Assembly: GCA_964016885.1 (NCBI GenBank)
Contig: OZ024744.1
Coordinates: forward strand, 74,896,001 to 74,960,000
Direction of reading: 5' to 3'
DNA from: Eledone cirrhosa
Lineage: Eukaryota
Length of the DNA stretch: 64,000 nt
Numbering within the stretch: position 1 is the stretch's first letter; every line of letters starts with the position of its first letter. The translations under genes were made by a program, and so were the position numbers. This document shows positions 59,346 to 64,000 of the stretch, piece after piece. The notes under the pieces are model-generated. The model searched no databases. It had not been told where the DNA came from and saw only the letters and a program-made list of their open reading frames with translations.

Positions 59346-59486
59346 ATATGGGTGAATATTTAACAAAAAAAGAAAAAAAGAAAATCAGACCAGCCTGGCG
59401 CCGTGTGTCATAATATGACTATGTTGGGGCCTTTCAATTACTATCCAAAGAGAGAGAGAGAGAGAGGGGGTGCGTGGAAGTAATGA

Positions 59487-59710
59487 TTTCTTATATAGAC
59501 ACAAGACCAGCAATTGTTTGGGGGGTGGGGTGGGGGGAGGGGTTGATTAAATTGACACTAGTGCGTGACTGGTACATTATTTTATCGACCCTGTAAGAAC
59601 GAAAGGCAAAGTAAACCTCGGCGGGATTTGAACTCAGATCATAAAGGGCCGTAACTCTATGCTGCAAAGCATGGTGTCCAACCCTCCACCGATACAGCCA
59701 ATCCACCGGC
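59487..59710 (-). mobile_element. SINE (Nin/Deu-like)
   Basis: Reverse complement contains ggtggattggctgtatcgg, gagttcaaatcccgccgagg, gggtcgataaaat and gctggtcttgtgtc. Confidence 0.88.
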
Positions 59711-59902
59711 CTGGGCAAATAATTGATTCTAAATACTTAAGTTAGACTTTATTTACGACCCAGACTGAATGAAATGAAATGTTTAACTACGTAGAGTGAA
59801 GAAGACAAAGTAAGAGCTATCCAACTAACAGTTGATCCTTCCAAATCGCTACCTTCAACTGATTCTTAAATTTCAGGTAGTAAAGATTGATAAGACGCTA
59901 TT

Positions 59903-60080
59903 CAGTATCGGTAGAGGGTCGAACGCCATGCTTTGACGCATAGAGTTACGGCCCTTGCCATTCTGAGTTCAAATCCCGCCGAGGTTAACTTTGCCTTTCA
60001 TCCTTACGGGGTCGATAAAATAAAGTAGCAGTAATACACTGGATAATTGCTGGCCTTGTGCCAAAAGTAGAAACAATTAT
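59903..60080 (+). mobile_element. SINE, lacking the first ~15 nt
   Basis: Close match to 31672-31850 and 39778-39960. Confidence 0.9.
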
Positions 60081-60097
60081 ATAATTGCTGTCATCAC

Positions 60098-60195
<98 letters not shown>

Positions 60196-60202
60196 TAGCA
60201 AC

Positions 60203-60244
<42 letters not shown>

Positions 60245-61137
60245 CATCGTAGTAGTAGTAGTGTCGAATCTAGTATTTTCCTTTGCAACATATGTGAATC
60301 TAGTTTAGCTATACTCCTCTATGTTCTAATTAGATATTGCTTCACCTTTCATTATTGTTTAATTATGATGCAGATGCTGTTTAGATGATCAAAAGAACCT
60401 ATTTTGATTTGAAGATTTCGGTAATTGAGGTGAATATGTATTTTCTTAGATAACATTCCAATTAAGAATTCTCATTTTATTGATAAATAATCATCTCTCT
60501 TGCTGATAAGAACAGAACATCTTATGATGGCAAACCAAGGATAGTATAGTTAATCGACAGGCAAACAAAACAAGGACGTATTTTATTTATTAACAAGTTC
60601 ATCTCTGCTAGCTGGAATGGTTCTTCCACCATCTGGAATGGCGTCTCTCTCACCATTCTCTGGAGAAATGTCTTCTCTATTCTGTTCACCGAGGCCGAGG
60701 GGCGGCCAGTTCGCCAGGGCCGTGAGGCGGCCGGTGCGTGGGCCTCCATTTTCTCATAACAGTGGGATATGGGGAGAGCGTAAATGACGAAAGTAATGAC
60801 AGTGGGAGTTTGGTTCATTTGTGTTCGGACCTGGTGTATATGTATATGTTTGACAGACGAAGGTATGCACTAATTTATTCCTTTTGACCATTACATGAAT
60901 ATGTTTAATAGGAGCGGTGCAACGAACGTAAATATACATGAGAAAGAAATAATAAAACCAACCTAAGGAACACTACTGAATACGCCTTAATTTTAACTTG
61001 TAGTTTAAAGAATTTTTTCAAAAACCTTTATTGCTATTTTGTTCCATTGAGGGTGAGTATAAGTACCATAGTGTTCTATTTCCGTAACTTATAATTATGC
61101 GGTTTCTGATGAGGTTGCAAAGCATTATTCCACATGT

Positions 61138-61343
61138 AGCCGATTGGCAGTATCGGTAGAGCGCTGGACAACATGTTTTGCGGCATAGAGTTACGGCCCT
61201 TTACATTCTGAGTTCAAATCCCGCTGAGATAAGCTTTGCCTTTTATCCCTACTGCGTCGGCAAAATAAAGCACTGGTATCGATTTAATCGACTTTCTACT
61301 CCCGAAAAATGCTGGCCTTGTGCCAATTTTAGAAACCATTATT
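61138..61343 (+). mobile_element. SINE
   Basis: tggcagtatcgg, gagttcaaatcc, gctggccttgtgccaattttagaaac, then ATT repeats. Confidence 0.87.
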
Positions 61344-61953
61344 CAACATGGAGGTTTGATTTCTTTTTTGTCGCATGACCAGAGTTTTATAAAGAAAAAG
61401 TCGATTGACTCAAACATCAGTATGTAACTGGTATAAATGTTGTGAAAACCGTGGAGAAATAAAATATTTAGTTGTCTCCTGCGTGATTTAAACACAAATC
61501 TGTATGCAGGTGTTTACGTGCATACAGATTAAATTAATCAAAACATACTTGTGGAAAGGGCGCACAGTATATATATTATATTAAAATTCATTTGAAACTA
61601 TATGGAAAATCATAATGAAGGTTGAATTGAATAGTTACCTACAATTATACAAGTATATAATCCCACTCACACTATCTGACTCAAACACAGACAGATGAGT
61701 TAATCAGAGCATTTTAAAAAAAATGTCATTCATCCCACAAACAAAAAAACAAAACAAATGTGTATATACGATCGTTCTCATAATAGCTGTTTCTCTCGCG
61801 AAGGATCACATGTTACGTGAAACTCTGAAAGAACGATGGATTCAACCAATAACCTCGAGTAAATGAATTAAATCCGCTACATGTATTGAATAAACTGTCT
61901 CCGATTATTTCTCCTTACATATGTATGCTCACATAACCAGTATAAATATATAT

Positions 61954-62277
61954 ATATAATGAATAAGAGAGACGGTTTTATTCGTACATCTTTTTATTAT
62001 ATATTTCTATTATATGTATTTCGAAAATGTAAGAGTGGTTACATAATTACCCTCTGGTAGAAGGTTATTATGTAACCACTCTGACATCTTCGAAATACGT
62101 ATAATAGAATTATGTAATAAAAAGATGTACGAATAAAACCGTCTCTCTTATTCATTATATTGAAACTCCGGTTGATACCTTACCGAGAAAAACGCTAAGG
62201 AATACAAATCGTGGAGTGCTTTACGTCTGTTTACGAAAATGTAGGCGGATTATATATCAACCAACTTTCATCAGCTG

Positions 62278-62283
<6 letters not shown>
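61954..62283. repeat. Fold-back element: ~207-bp hairpin (61954-62160) plus ~120-bp tail between (TA)n tracts
   Basis: atataatgaataagagagacggttttattcgtacatctttt... pairs with ...aaaagatgtacgaataaaaccgtctctcttattcattatat; loop near 62055. Confidence 0.9.
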
Positions 62284-62347
<64 letters not shown>

Positions 62348-62436
62348 AGCGTAAAACTAATATGACTTTGTGTTATTGCATTCTTGAATTACATATACAT
62401 ATACACACACACATACACATACACACACTCACGTAT

Positions 62437-62529
<93 letters not shown>

Positions 62530-62541
62530 CATGTATGTATG

Positions 62542-62598
<57 letters not shown>

Positions 62599-63117
62599 AT
62601 TAACAATACACGGCCCATGTCAATAGTGTCAAAAGCTCTGTGTGTGTAACATTAAACAAATGTTAAAGACCAACAATATAACAACAACATTACTGGTTTA
62701 TCACAGTAATAGTATGGCGTACTACAATGAAAAGTCACGATGTCATATAACGCGAACACTCCGAAACGTAGTTTTTGTAAGAGAGTTATCCCGCCCAATA
62801 TAATATAATACAATTAGTTAGTCATACATTGCTAATGGTTACATACTACATTATTTTCAACATTTAATACATCAATATACTGTAGACAGAGAATGTATTG
62901 TCGCCGCTAGTAAATAGTTGTTTTCAAAGAGAGTATATTTAAAAGATAAATCCTTTTACACGCGTGAAAACACCTACTATTTCAACAATGAACTACTTCG
63001 GAATATCACTATTTCTTTCTTCTTTATTTGATAAGGATTAACGAGATAAGACTGCCTCTGTCCAGGTTTCAATTGTATTGCACTTTTATAATTTTTTCTG
63101 GTATTATATGTAGCATT

Positions 63118-63460
63118 GTCGGAGCAGTGTGGTCTATTAGGTACTTCGTTTCGGAACCGCGAGGTTTCGAGTTCGATCTCACTGCACAACACAAAGGAAG
63201 CTAGTTTCTACTATAAGTGAGATACATGGTCAATCAATACAAGCCAGAAATATTATATAAACATAAATTGAACAGAGGGATGTTGGATATGTATATTTAT
63301 GGTTGTGTAGTTATGAAGATCACTTCGTGACTAGATAGTTTTGAGTTCTGTCATACTGCATGGGATCTTGAATAATTGTGTTTAACTATAGCTTCGTGTG
63401 GACCAAAGCCTTGTTAGGGAAATTTGTAGATTGAAAGAGAGTTCAGAAATCTGTCCTATA
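63118..63460 (+). mobile_element. Two decayed copies of a second tRNA-derived SINE family (CORE-like), ~63118-63245 and ~63299-63460
   Basis: gcagtgtggt (A-box-like) and gagttcgatctc (B box); both copies share ..actgca..actata..caa..cc; the second ends ..gaaatctgtcctata before an (AC)-rich tail. Confidence 0.55.
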
Positions 63461-63729
63461 CCTGTGTATACACACGCACGCGCGTACACACACACACACA
63501 CACACAGAAACATATATGAATTTTGAATAAATATTAGCTTCAAGTTATCAGTTCCAACGCAGGTTTTTGAGATGATAGTCCCAAAATAGGGGAACATTGG
63601 ACAGCTTCACTCGTGTGACTTCACATCCCGCATGACGTATATCGGATATCTCCAAGGTCTTATATGCTCAACTTGTTAGATTCATTTTCATAATCAAAAA
63701 CGTGTGTTAAATTTTTAATTTAAAGCAAA

Positions 63730-63784
<55 letters not shown>

Positions 63785-63833
63785 CTCGCTTTCTCTCCCC
63801 CTCTCTCTCTCTCTCTCACTCTCTCTCTCTTTG

Positions 63834-63897
<64 letters not shown>

Positions 63898-64000
63898 GAG
63901 GGAGAGCTCAAGTAGAAAGTAACTATATGGATACACACGTATATACATACATAAATATATACAGGTATACATACATACATACATATATACTTAAATGCAT

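Overview
Eukaryotic, gene-poor, repeat-dominated DNA. The tRNA-derived Nin/Deu-domain SINEs, very high microsatellite density and element content suggest an octopod cephalopod, but this is inference. No host protein-coding exon is recognisable. Contents: (1) the 3' 3.1 kb of a decayed Helitron with an intact hairpin and CTAG end; (2) two R4/Dong-clade RLE retrotransposon families, all copies on the - strand in or next to (TAA)n tracts, including two full-length copies of family B; (3) two related Tx1/L1-type families: family C (+ strand, in (ATT)n, one full-length copy with an intact 1139-aa ORF2) and family D (- strand, three copies stacked in (GATA)n); (4) a Neptune-like Penelope element with ~580-bp inverted arms, each carrying a hammerhead-ribozyme motif, plus several small 'hairpin + tail' elements in (TA)n; (5) about ten SINE copies; (6) long simple-repeat blocks that produce most of the spurious ORFs. 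Best leads: a multiply pseudoknotted RNA at the exact 5' end of R4-B; an in-frame TGA shared by both full-length R4-B copies; sister Tx1 families with the same 3' signal but different microsatellite targets; a SINE 3' tail resembling the Tx1 3' end; and a recurring fold-back insertion architecture in (TA)n. All alignments and folds were done by eye, so coordinates may be off by a few bases.
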